A stretch of DNA of 63,110 nt, counting the filler, from Craspedostauros australis (taxonomy: Eukaryota): the NCBI GenBank assembly GCA_030167865.1. It is 9 parts of 9 records of this genome, joined end to end, with 100 filler letters (N's around TTAATTAATTAA, not from the genome) between each part and the next. Parts side by side here need not be neighbours in the genome. Positions count along the whole stretch, not along the records: positions 1 to 8,682 come from JALAGF010005594.1; positions 8,783 to 15,707 come from JALAGF010005596.1; 7 more parts are not named here. One strand, given 5' to 3'. The first letter of the stretch is position 1. Every line of letters begins with the position of its first letter. Below the pieces are notes generated by a model. That model was not told the origin of the DNA. It worked only from the letters and a program-made list of their open reading frames with translations, and ran no database searches. Below are positions 1 to 11,448 of the stretch, piece after piece. The position numbers and the translations under genes are program-made.

Positions 1-193
1 ACGCATCACATTCACTCCCTTTCTCCACAATCAATCCATTCGTCAAGCGAAAACACGACAACAACAGCACCGCCGCTGCCACCAACAACAACAACATCAT
101 CATTGACACGGCCAACCGTTCTCGCGTTGACTTGGTAGATGGGACCCTTCTCTCTCGGATAGTACGATACGAGTCGACAGTCCAAGCTGCGCC

Positions 194-2285
194 ATGACAG
201 CAGAAGTGAACATAGAGGCGACATCAGCCGCAGCGAAGATTGTAGATGGTGCCACCGGAGGCCCAGCTGCTGCGCAAGACAACGGCAACACCAGCAAAGG
301 CACGAATGGCACGAATGCTAACATGGAGAGTGACATGGATAACGCCATGGACAACACGGAGGGAAACACTGCAAACGGCAGCATTTGCAACAAGGAACAA
401 CGAGGGGTGCTGGGATCATCTCGCAGACGCGCCTCCTCCTTCGTGTACCTGACGTCCAAGGAGCATACCTTCTTGCGGGAACTTTCGATGCGTGGCACGG
501 ACAGCGAGATCGAACTGGTATGGGAGCGACTGCAGCAGGGGGAGCTCATGTCCATGTCATCCATTTCTCACGTTGCCACNNNNNNNNNNNNNNNNNNNNN
601 NNNNNNNNNNNNNNNNNNNNNNNNNNNNNNNNNNNNNNNNNNNNNGCCAATGGCATCAATCATGATGCTGACTCCACCGCTGCTACTACTACAACTGCTG
701 CTACTTTGCAACTGCGACTTTGGCTGACGCGGAGTTGAAGGCAAACACAAGGCCACCGCTGCCAAGACTCCCGAAGCCCATATCATTCGCGTCCAATGCA
801 GATGGTCTTCAAAACGGTGATGTGAGTGGCATGAATTCAAAAGGTTCCGTCCACAAGAAGATGGGCAGGTCCACGTCAGTGGGATCCGCCTGTCGCAACC
901 CGGTGCTGCAGCAACGACATCAACAGCAACTGGATGGCAAGGACTCGCCGCACATGCTTCTGTGGAAGGTGCATGAGCAAGGGCTGGGGACTTTGGTCAC
1001 GACATCGAATGCGACGGGTGCGGGGACGCTGTTCGTTCCAGCTGACACGCCACCACATCTCTGGCTGCAGTCACAGGCACAAGCCAACCAAAGGGACAGC
1101 TTGGAATCTACCAACCAATCAGTGTCAACCAGAGCTACGCCTCCGACCATCATCCAGCCACTCCCATCCATGCTCCGGATTCCGCAATAACAACGAAACA
1201 CCAGCCACAGTAGCAGCAACAGCAACATCTGGAGCAGTTATTACAATTCTGCCGCCGCGCCAATACCAACAAGAGGCTTTCATTCAGCAGCAGTGTCCAT
1301 AGCGCCACCTCATCCGCATCATCGTTGGCCCTGATGACATGCATCGCTTGCATGCTAAGGCGCGCATGATCCTCCGCAGCAAGCTGCAACGCAGATCGAT
1401 CAGACTCCCTGCCTCCACCACTCTGCAGCAGAGGTCGCAAATGCAGCAGCAAAAGCAACAGCAACAACAACAACAACGCGACATCCCAACTGCAAAACTC
1501 ACACGCAAATATCAGCGTTCCCAGTCGCTGACCGTCGCTGCAGTATCCTTTGCAAACAAGCCAATGGCAGCATTGCGGCTATCACCAATGCCCAAGAGAT
1601 CGTCGATGTCAAAATCACAGTTTGGTGCCCTCGCATCTCCGCCAATGCCGCTGGCCGCACGTGACAGGATACAATCTGTCACCTTTTTTGGAGTGAACAA
1701 ACGATGGTACCACTCCAACACCAACTTCAACCTTTCGCAGGCCGAAGCTTCTGACTCGCAGACAGTCGGACACATTGGTCTACGCCTCGTCGTCGTCATT
1801 GCCAATCGACGATGCTCCTGTGCCAACGTCGCGACCAAGCACAGCTCGTCTTGCAAGGATCGCATCTGACGCAGGATCCATCGCGTCCTTTGCCAGCATC
1901 CGCCCCGCCGCCGCCATTCGAAGCGACTCATCCACGACGGTGGCGAGCATTGGCAATACGAGCATCCCACCGATCTAACCGGCAACAGCGCTGCGATCGC
2001 AATAGACAGCCACGGTCGATACGTTCCCCCCAATCCCTCCAGGCAAGGCGATGCGCGGCAATCCGTCGCCACCGAGGCCAGCATCCCACCCATCCAACTC
2101 GCGACGGCCATCCAGTCCGAATCAACTGCCACCAACAACACGTTCCCGCCGCTCCCACCAAGCGTTGTGATGCGAGGCGAGTCAGTTGCCACCGACGCGA
2201 CGAATGCGACCATCCCATCCATTCGTCATGCGACAGCGTTGCATTCCCAATCCACCATCTCGACGGACAGCGACTTGCCTTGCTT
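194..2285 (+). pseudogene. Disrupted 5' part of the TLDc gene (low-complexity Q/T/S-rich N-terminus)
   Basis: ORFs 194-727, 720-1190 and 1339-1869 link through a gap, an apparent frameshift near 1175 and in-frame stops (TAG 1300-1302, TGA 1867-1869). A PP(I/L)xxAxx(M/I)xSESxAT-like peptide repeat continues from the 1339/2167 frame into the 1812 frame near 2280. Confidence 0.5.
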
Positions 2286-4694
2286 CAGAATTCGGCACTG
2301 GCAACATCGCCACATGTTCAATCAACCGCGACCACTGAGACATTCCCTCCCATCCAACCCGCAACCGTCATGCGGTCCGAATCGTGCACCGCCACTTTTC
2401 ACGATGCAGCAGCACAGCAATCATCTAGAGTTGTCATCCAAGACGGCATCCCGATCACATCTTCCACCACAACTACGCAGCTGTGCTTCCGCGATGCTGT
2501 CGTCACCATCCCACCACCACCATCTGTCAACGCGGCAGAGATCCTGCACGCGCAGTACAAGGCATCGGATCAAGTGGCTATGGCATGGGCGACGGCCGGC
2601 AACATGTCGTCATTTGCAACAAGCACATCGCAGTCGTCGCAAACCAGCAGCTCACACGAGCAACAGCAACAGCAACAGCAACAAAATCTCCCTCTTGATC
2701 ATGTTCTTGCTACCATCCCGACTGTCCGAACTGCGGCCACAATACCGAGCGCCGCATCGACTGTCACAACCATCGAGTCTGCTGCAACGGCAGATTGTTC
2801 AATGGATCTTGACACCATGAGTCAAGCTTTGCCTTCGTCAACACCATCAGACGCCAAGATGCCTTCCCTCACCACGGAAGAACATGATGCGCCAACGGGG
2901 GCACCCGACACGCCCACAGCCAAGAAGAGCCCACCAAAACCTGTCCTGTTGCGCCTGGCATCAAGAAACAATTACGACGGCGAGGGTGTGGAAGTCAGCG
3001 AAAGTCCATCGAATATGTTGCAACAGCAGCAGCAGCAGCAGCAGCAGGGTTCGTTGCAGGCAACGGAAGATGCCACAGCACATGGCCAAGACGACGATGG
3101 TCAAGATCAGCAGCAGGAACCAGTGGTGCTGGATTACACTGATGTGGATCACAGCGCCGCCGTCGAAAACGCTGGGTCAAGCGAAGGGGCCTATCATCAC
3201 TGGCAGCAACAGCTGCAACAACGGGCACAGCAACAACCTCCGCAGAGCATCATCTGGTTCTCTCGACTGTTGAGCCATGGAAACACACCGATGGATCAGA
3301 GCCATGGCAACCATTACCTGTCAACCTCATTTGATGAATCGTCGTACTACCACTACAAGGACGGTTTCCAGAACCAGGGCGCTTTGTTCAACCAAGATGC
3401 GCACGATGACATCTTTCGCATTCGTCGTGCCGTGTCGCACGACAACGATCAGTCGTTCATCCCAGAGATCATCGCCACAACGTCTGCACCAAATCTGGAG
3501 ATGTCGAAATATTCCTCGCATGATCCCTTGGATGCCTCCACTATTGGCACACAGCGCGATCCGGAAGCCCTCAGTCACTTTGATACGCAGCATGCCCACC
3601 GCATGCACTCTGAGGACGGCGATACTGATGACGACGACGACGACGACGACTACCAGGACTCTTGGGATATGTCATCGGTGCCAGACAACGAACGGTTCGA
3701 CAGCTGGAACATCATGAAGGACGATTACGCGAACGGTTACGGAGGTGGTGGCACGTTGGGATTTTCCATCCTTGGCACATCGGCGGACGATGTGGCGGCG
3801 TCACCTCATGTCCTGAGCCCTCCGTTGATGGAATCACTTCAAGGATTCTTCCCGTTTTCCAAAAATGGAGAAAACTTCTACCTGAAGTACTCCCTCGTCC
3901 GCGACGGCGCATCCCTCGGGTCCTTCCTTCAGCATGCAAGAGGGGCGCAGTACACAATACTGGCGCTGGAGACGGTGGATGGCGAAGTGTTCGGCGCCTT
4001 CACCGGCCAGGCATGGCGGAAGACATGGAAGTACTTTGGCACAGGCGAATGCTTCCTGTGGCGGATGCGCAATCACCGCTTGGCGCCGAAGAGCCGATCC
4101 GTTCTGGAGCAGGCGCAGCTGGAAAGCGAGATCGATGTCTTCCCGTATGCCGGTGCCAACGACTACATCCAGCTCTGCACGAGCGATCGACTTGCGGTTG
4201 GATGGGGCACCCCTGCCGATAGCACCGGCCCCATGCCAATTCCCACCGTTCCATCCTCCTCCTCTTCTCACAACTTCTACGACGATGACGATGGCGGACA
4301 AGAAGCAGGCGAAAAGAAGGAGGAATATCCACACACGGCCACCAACTACACATCAACCCACCTGGACACCATTGGTGGTCCAGCGACGGGTAGCAGTGGC
4401 CTCGACACCAACACGCACACCAGCAACAACAACAGTGACAGAACACAGCAACAGCAGCAACAGCCGGACTGGGGATTTGGTTTGGTCATCGAAGGAGATG
4501 ATCTGCTCCATGGAACAACGTCCCCGTGTCTGACATTCAACAGCCCATCACTGTCGAAGGTGCACAGCGACGGAACCAAGTTCGAAATCGTCAATCTCGA
4601 ACTCTGGACGTTAACACCGTGCTCAACAGAAGCAGAGGCTGAGAAACTGGAGCTCTCGCGATTGTTTTTGGAACGCCATGCGGCATGGCCATAG
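1812..4694 (+). CDS. TLDc-domain protein (OXR1/NCOA7-like C-terminus)
   Basis: Motifs LKYSLVRDGASL, ILALETVDGEVFGAF, YFGTGECFLWR, LAVGWG, FGLVI, TFNSPSL and FEIVNLELW. The first ~155 aa of this ORF are probably off-frame. Confidence 0.88.
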   Translation: MLLCQRRDQAQLVLQGSHLTQDPSRPLPASAPPPPFEATHPRRWRALAIRASHRSNRQQRCDRNRQPRSIRSPQSLQARRCAAIRRHRGQHPTHPTRDGHPVRINCHQQHVPAAPTKRCDARRVSCHRRDECDHPIHSSCDSVAFPIHHLDGQRLALLQNSALATSPHVQSTATTETFPPIQPATVMRSESCTATFHDAAAQQSSRVVIQDGIPITSSTTTTQLCFRDAVVTIPPPPSVNAAEILHAQYKASDQVAMAWATAGNMSSFATSTSQSSQTSSSHEQQQQQQQQNLPLDHVLATIPTVRTAATIPSAASTVTTIESAATADCSMDLDTMSQALPSSTPSDAKMPSLTTEEHDAPTGAPDTPTAKKSPPKPVLLRLASRNNYDGEGVEVSESPSNMLQQQQQQQQQGSLQATEDATAHGQDDDGQDQQQEPVVLDYTDVDHSAAVENAGSSEGAYHHWQQQLQQRAQQQPPQSIIWFSRLLSHGNTPMDQSHGNHYLSTSFDESSYYHYKDGFQNQGALFNQDAHDDIFRIRRAVSHDNDQSFIPEIIATTSAPNLEMSKYSSHDPLDASTIGTQRDPEALSHFDTQHAHRMHSEDGDTDDDDDDDDYQDSWDMSSVPDNERFDSWNIMKDDYANGYGGGGTLGFSILGTSADDVAASPHVLSPPLMESLQGFFPFSKNGENFYLKYSLVRDGASLGSFLQHARGAQYTILALETVDGEVFGAFTGQAWRKTWKYFGTGECFLWRMRNHRLAPKSRSVLEQAQLESEIDVFPYAGANDYIQLCTSDRLAVGWGTPADSTGPMPIPTVPSSSSSHNFYDDDDGGQEAGEKKEEYPHTATNYTSTHLDTIGGPATGSSGLDTNTHTSNNNSDRTQQQQQQPDWGFGLVIEGDDLLHGTTSPCLTFNSPSLSKVHSDGTKFEIVNLELWTLTPCSTEAEAEKLELSRLFLERHAAWP

Positions 4695-5400
4695 GCACGA
4701 GCTATTCCAAGCGATGTGGAGTACTCTGCATCGAAAGTACTGATGCACTGCTTCAGAGAGATCCGTCAGGACCACCGATCCGGATTGCGCAGCTACGAGC
4801 GACATGAAACCCGTTCAGTGAAATCATCATTGAGACTGTTACTACATTGCCAAGCTATCATGTGCACTCGTCCAATACCTAAGATACTAACCGCTCAGAC
4901 TCAGAGCATACTTTCCACTCAAGAGGATCATTAGCACTTTTCTTGTAGTTGTACTCATCGTTGTGCTCCTCCTCCAGAACAGAGCGATGCTCCGACCGTT
5001 CCTGTGATGGATGTGATGCTCACTTTTCGTGCCAACTCCCTCGTGTCTTTTCGAAGACGAGGATGGGAAACATCATACCTGTAAAGTACGACTATGAGCA
5101 AGACATGGACATAGAATCCCACAAGGGGGATGGATTGGATTGACGTGTGTAGGAGTATTTCCTACAAAGAAAGGGAGACAGAGATCGGCGCATGCCCACA
5201 GTCGCATGTGGCATCACGTGGCAAAGCGCTCTCAGGAGGGCACGAAACGAAGCCAGTACGGGAGAGTGCTCACTTTTTGCGCGAACCAAATAACAACAAA
5301 ACCCCAACACAACAACAAACAAGAAAGAAAGCAGAATCAACACCAGTAACAACACCAATAACAATAGTAGCATCACCACAACAGGCAAACACAATCAACA

Positions 5401-5823
5401 ATGAAGTTCATTTGTCTGGCATCCATGCATGCTGTTCGCAGAAGCGGCTCAACCTCTGCTTCCTTCGCAGGTCTTCGTGCCAAGAAGTTGGCATGCATCC
5501 CAGATCATGCCTCTGCCCCCATTCGTCGTGGGTTTGCTGCAGATGGTGCTGCAGGGGGTGCAAGTAAGAATGGAGATCAACCAGCTGCTTTCCAGATCAT
5601 GACTCAAGACGACTTTGCACTGGCAAAGCAGGTGGCCATCGTTGCTGTCGTTGGTGGTGGCATTGGTGCTACTGTTGTGGGCAACATTATCAAACTCTTG
5701 GTCGATGACAGCATCAACAAGAATGCAGCCCACACCAAGGATATCATCGACTATGTGGACCAGACTGTGGAACACCGTATCAAGGAGACTTTCAAGGGCA
5801 CCACCAAAGAAGCGCGCAATTAA
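5401..5823 (+). CDS. Small hypothetical single-pass membrane protein, possible mitochondrial presequence
   Basis: ATG after an (ACA)-rich leader; R/S/A-rich N-terminus ending RRGFAA; hydrophobic stretch VAIVAVVGGGIGATVVGNII. Confidence 0.4.
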   Translation: MKFICLASMHAVRRSGSTSASFAGLRAKKLACIPDHASAPIRRGFAADGAAGGASKNGDQPAAFQIMTQDDFALAKQVAIVAVVGGGIGATVVGNIIKLLVDDSINKNAAHTKDIIDYVDQTVEHRIKETFKGTTKEARN

Positions 5824-6956
5824 CAAACGGACAACGTGGCCAGTGTCGCAGGAGGCCGGTTTGTTCAAGGTGATGTGGAAGGGTTGTTGCTCCTTCCTTT
5901 CCATGCAGCGTGGAAGCTTTGCCTCTGGCTTGGCACATCTTTGGCAAACATGTCCCGCACCAACACCAACACCAACACCAACACCAACAATAACAACAAA
6001 CCAACCAGCTGATCTCTTTCATATGCACTCTACTGTGACACCCATACCATGGATGCCATGGAGGGCAAGAACAGAATGCAGCACACTCCTCATGCTTGTT
6101 CATAGAATGATTTGATATAACATTATGACAACAAATAGCAATCATCATCGCAAATCATTCCTCCTGTAATATTCGTATGAGTACATTTGTTCGACCGCAG
6201 TCGATCGAGCAGCGTCATCTTGCCTCAGACATGAGCAGCCCAGATCATGGGTTCCTTTTCTTGCTTGTTGGCTTGATGACAAACCAATCAGCATGCCCGC
6301 AGAACAAGCCATCATCCTTCCATCCGGTTGCCATTGGCATCTCATCCGTGGGTCTGTAAGAGTGCGCAGAGCGGCACGGAGTCGAACGGAGTTGAGTATC
6401 AACATGCGTCCAAGTGCGCAAGTACGAGTAGTGTCGACAACAAGATGATGGAAGAATCAAGGTGGAGGCGAAGTGAGAAAGCGGCGAGGATGGATGATTC
6501 CATGAACGACAGATCACTGCGTCGCTTCATCACTGCGTACATATCATATCATAGCATGACCATGAGCACAAGCACCAGCTCAATTCCGTTTGTGTGCTCA
6601 TGTTAATACATGATATCAAGCATCTGTGCTCTGACCGAACTTCCCGCTTCGATGATTCAGTCTTTGGATGCTTGGTTTCGTTCCCAACAAGACCGCCTGC
6701 ATCGATCAGATCACTCCCAAATCCCGAGCATGCGCCACACCAGTCAATTCCATCGCCCACGCGATTCATCAAATACGCTGCATCACGCCTGTCGATGACC
6801 GCGGTGAAGAAATCATCATCGTCAGCGCCATTGTTGGTGCTGCTGTGGATATTGTTGTTCGTGACGTTCATGGTGATGATGGTGGTGGTGTTGTTGTGAG
6901 CGCATCCATTCCTTTTCGTGGCGCTGGCGGTGCTGATGTCGTTGGAATCGAAATTG

Positions 6957-6989
<33 letters not shown>

Positions 6990-8682
6990 GTGGTGGTGGT
7001 GTGGATACTGGCCAGCAGTTGCTGCCGTTGCTGCCGCTGTTGCTTCTCGTGGTACTGGTGATGCTGACGATGATGTTACACATGGGAAGGAGCAATCGCA
7101 TGGGGGGTGGACCATCGGAGTGGTCTGCATCGTCATGGTCTCGTTGCAATTGTTGGTGACAGCAACGTACTGGATGCTGTGCTGCACATGGCAAGGAAGC
7201 ATGGCAAGGAAGCTTCCAACGGTTGGGAGGGAGACGATCGTGGCGCACCAAGCCATTGTTGATCGAAAGATGCTGCTTCCGCCCATCCCTGTGCAGGATG
7301 CGAATCGGCACACTCCATTGCAGAGACTCGATGTAGCTGGCTTGCATCGGTGGAATGACGACGACGATGGTCGTATCATTCATCACGCTTGCTTCGGGAC
7401 ACAGCGCAGATCCGGCGCACACCTCAACTTGGTTGATGAGCAAGGTGAAATGTGTGCCTGTGATTGTGCTGTCGGTGTGCTTGATGATGTCAACTTCGCC
7501 AATGCTGTGGAAGCGGGTCTGTGGGGAGGAATCTCCCACCCAGGCATGAATCTGGCCCGTAGAACACCGCACAGAGCGCATGGGTGGAGATTAGATGTCC
7601 TGGCGGGGTTGCAGCCACTGATTTGATCCTCCTGTAGAGGACAGGCTCCTCCCGTGGAAGGTCTTTTGATCTTTGTCTGCCCCAGCAATACCTCGTGCAA
7701 CGACCACTTCCAATCAGCTGTATCTGCTCACACCACGAGTACGAATACACAGATCGGATAATAGATTGCATTCTCGCGCAATGTGCGACACTCCAGGGAG
7801 GCGCGGTAATCCCTATCATCGGCGTATCACAAAAGGGTATTTTTCGTAGCAAAACGGTGTTCCACACCTCTTTTCATGCTTTTTACTCGCGATTCCTGAT
7901 GCTTTCTGTTACGACATCCTGTGTCTGTATCGCATGTACTGCGGAAGTCGTGCTTCACCCCATGCGCAATGGGCGATATTTGGCACCCCCCTGGTTTTTT
8001 CCGTTTCTGCTACGTGACTTCTGGGAAGGAGGCATGCTGGTGCAAGAGCCACCCAAGTCACTTGTAGCGGACGAGCTCCTGGGCGTACCAAAGCATAGTG
8101 CAATGATTTGGATTGTCTGTTGCGACGATCATTGTGAATAGAGCAATAAATGTGGAATAGAGCGCAGAGGCGGCAAGTGTGCCAACATAGTATCATATGA
8201 TATAATAGATGGTTGTGAAGGTGACGTTGTAATACAATTTTGATGACTTGTGTACCCGTATGCAATGGATGACTTCTAGGAAATGGTAGACTGCTCAACC
8301 CAAACCAGTCGCAAGAGTCGATGCCATCGGCTTGCTTGTCTCGTTCGATCAACACGTGACGAACACAGACCGCTCATGTGAGTCCCAGGTGCGATACCTG
8401 CAGTGGAAAAGGGCCGTTCTGGCGGCGACGAATCTGTTCTGCTTCGCATTCGCACCAACCGACGCCAGCTCAATGGGGGGGCTTTCTTGGCACGCAGCGC
8501 AGTTCGTGATCTTCATCAGGTAGGGAAGTTACATCAGTTCTACGTGGGAATGTGGAAAGAGTCCCAGCGAAAAGGGAAATACGACGAGGCGAATGGAAAT
8601 ATAAAATAAATTATATTGTAATTCCGGCCCTCTCTCCCCAGCAATTCCACCCAAAAAGGGAAAAATCTCACACTGCCATCGT

Positions 8683-8782
8683 NNNNNNNNNNNNNNNNNN
8701 NNNNNNNNNNNNNNNNNNNNNNNNNNTTAATTAATTAANNNNNNNNNNNNNNNNNNNNNNNNNNNNNNNNNNNNNNNNNNNN
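8683..8782. other. Artificial contig linker
   Basis: N44-TTAATTAATTAA-N44. The same linker occurs at 15708-15807, 18251-18350, 21400-21499, 24117-24216, 29698-29797, 54675-54774 and 59985-60084. Confidence 0.97.
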
Positions 8783-11448
8783 TGCATGAGTACAACACAA
8801 ACAACATGTGATAACACGTGCAACCGTGTTAATGTGAGATGAACATCGTCAATGGCAGATGAACATCGTCAATGGCACATGAACATTGTCAATGGCAAAT
8901 GAACTATCTGTCAACATCAAATGAACTATTGTTAACACATTCCAACTACTGGAGGATGGCACAAGTCCCATGAAATGGCTNNNNNNNNNNNNNNNNNNNN
9001 NNNNNNNNNNNNNNNNNNNNNNNNNNNNNNNNNNNNNNNNNNNNNNNNNNNNNNNNNTTGTGGGGGAGGAGGGGGAAGTCAACACCATCAACTGTGATAC
9101 TCACACATCCACGTGCTCACACACACACACACTGCCACACCACAAAACACATGATATCACAGTATGCCACATGTGACTATGACACTGCACACCATGACAC
9201 ATATGATCACACAATAATATATGGGATACAACATGCTCAACAGTGTCAACATGACAGTGCATGGATGCAGATGAGCTGCTGTGAACATTAGTCTTCGATT
9301 GCGTTGAAATGTCACTTTCTGAAATAACACGGTTGTTACCCTAAGGTTACAGGTTACTGTAAACCCAGACTAGAGTGTCCGCAGGTGCAATCAATCAAAC
9401 CCTAATGTACGAGGATTTAACAAGGTGACGTACGGCGGCCAGACCGAAGTTTGGGTCGATTGACGGACGACGTACAGACGTTTGTATTGGCACTCAATAC
9501 ACACGGTCGAAGGACGGACGTTTTTGTATGGAAAATGTTCATGTTCCGCAACTCCACGTACGGCGGTCAGACCGATGTTTGGGTCCGTTGACGGTCGACG
9601 TACAGACATTTGTATGGGCACACATACACGTACGGTCGACGTACAGACGTAAATGTATGGAAAATGTCGATGATCCGCAACTCCCCGAAAGTGCGGACGA
9701 ACGTTCATCATCCGCAACTCCCAAACAACACGAGATACTACGAACCACGCAATACACCGTGTTAAACATGTACACCACTCTACAGCATGATGAGCACATG
9801 TTCACGTACATCTATGTGTACACACACACGCAGCACGTCCATACCTACACGTCAACACCTGTACCATCTTCAACGGACCACTACAAGGTGAGATATTGAT
9901 GATCAAAGTACTCAACATCAACCAGTACTTGCAATACACAGTGCCATGTACATGTAAGCACACACACATGTTCACCATGACCATACGCACGTGTGACAAC
10001 AAGAACCACACTCTGAATCAACTTGGTGATGGAGATAGTGATGCATGTGTACATCACAAACAACATGTGACAACACGTGCAACCATGTTAATGTGAGATG
10101 AACATCGTCAATGGCAAATGAACTATCCGTCAACATCAAATGAACTATCTGTCAACATCAAATGAACTATTGTTAACACCATTCCAACTACAGGAGGATG
10201 GCACAAGTCCCATGAAATGGCTGACTTGTGGGGGAGGAGGGGGAAGTCAACACCATTCCAACTACTGGAGGATGGCACAAGTCCCATGAAATGGCAGACT
10301 TGTGGGGGAGGAGGGGGAAGTCAACACCATCAACTGTGATACTCACACATCCACATGCTCACACACACACACTGCCACACCGTACAACCAGCCACAACAT
10401 GCAACAACACGTGAGACCGTGATGCAACATTCAACACACAATGAACTATCTGTCGACATCAAATGAACAATTGTTAATATCATTCCAACTACAGGAGGAT
10501 GGCACAAGTCCCATGAAATGGCTGACTTGTGGGGGAGGAGGGGGAAGTCAACANNNNNNNNNNNNNNNNNNNNNNNNNNNNNNNNNNNNNNNNNNNNNNN
10601 NNNNNNNNNNNNNNNNNNNNNNNNNNNNNNNNNNNNNNNNNNNNNNNNNNNNNNNNNNNNNNNNNNNNNNNNNNNNNNNNNNNNNNNNNNNNNNNNNNNN
10701 NNNNNNNNNNNNNNNNNNNTGGCTGACTTGTGGGGGAGGAGGGGGAAGTCAACACCATCAACTGTGATACTCACACATCCACGTGCTCACACACACACAC
10801 ACATGCACACTGCTACACAGTACAACCAGCCACAACACACAGCAACACGTGAGACCGTGATGCAACAGTCAACACCAAATGAACTATCTGTCAACACCAT
10901 TCCAACTACAGGAGGATGGCACAAGTCCCATGAAATGGCTGACTTGTGGGGGAGGAGGGGGAAGTCAACACCATCAACTGTGATACTCACACATCCATGT
11001 GCTCACACACACACACACTGCCACACGGTACAACCAGCCACAACACACAACAACACGTGAGATCGTGATGCAATAGTCAACATCAAATGAACTATCTGTC
11101 AACATCAAATGNNNNNNNNNNNNNNNNNNNNNNNNNNNNNNNNNNNNNNNNNNNNNNNNNNACACCATCAACTGTGATACTCACACATCCACGTGCTCAC
11201 ACACACACACACACTGCCACACAGTACAACCAGCCACAACACACAACAACACGTGAGATCGTGATGCAATAGTCAACATCAAATGAACTATCTGTCAACA
11301 TCAAATGAACTATCTGTCAACACCATTCCAACTACAGGAGGATGGCACAAGTCCCATGAAATGGCTGACTTGTGGGGGAGGAGGGGGAAGTCAACACCAT
11401 TCCAACTACTAGAGGATGGCACAAGTCCCATGAAATGGCTGACTTGTG
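8783..11448 (+). repeat. Modular tandem repeat array (74-bp A, ~110-bp B, 22-bp C and 20-bp D modules)
   Basis: A = CACCATTCCAACTAC...GGGGAAGTCAA, in tandem at 10177-10250 and 10251-10324, about 8 copies visible. C = TCAAATGAACTATCTGTCAACA. D = GATGAACATCGTCAATGGCA x3 at ~8838-8897. 8783-8860 recurs at ~10041. Confidence 0.9.
9428..9722 (+). repeat. 128-bp imperfect tandem duplication
   Basis: Units start ACGTACGGCGG at 9428 and 9556 and both end GTATGGAAAATGT...CCGCAACTCC; a partial third end lies at ~9712-9721. Confidence 0.75.

Noticed and set aside
6530..7700. Possible minus-strand gene with a CGACSGFG motif
   Set aside because: Single motif in low-complexity, frame-inconsistent ORFs; no gene model could be built.
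8727..8738. TTAATTAATTAA palindromes recurring eight times
   Set aside because: Each is centred in a 100-nt N-padded spacer, so they are artificial contig joins.
9335..9405. Telomere-like CCCTAA motifs
   Set aside because: Isolated single units, not an array.
10207..10250. Hammerhead-like GTC-CCAT-GAA-ATGG-CTGA in module A
   Set aside because: The core continues CTGACTT rather than CTGANGA, with no stem II or GAAAC.
10177..11448. CRISPR-like appearance of the palindromic 74-bp repeats
   Set aside because: The intervening sequences are themselves repeats rather than unique spacers; no cas genes; eukaryotic context.
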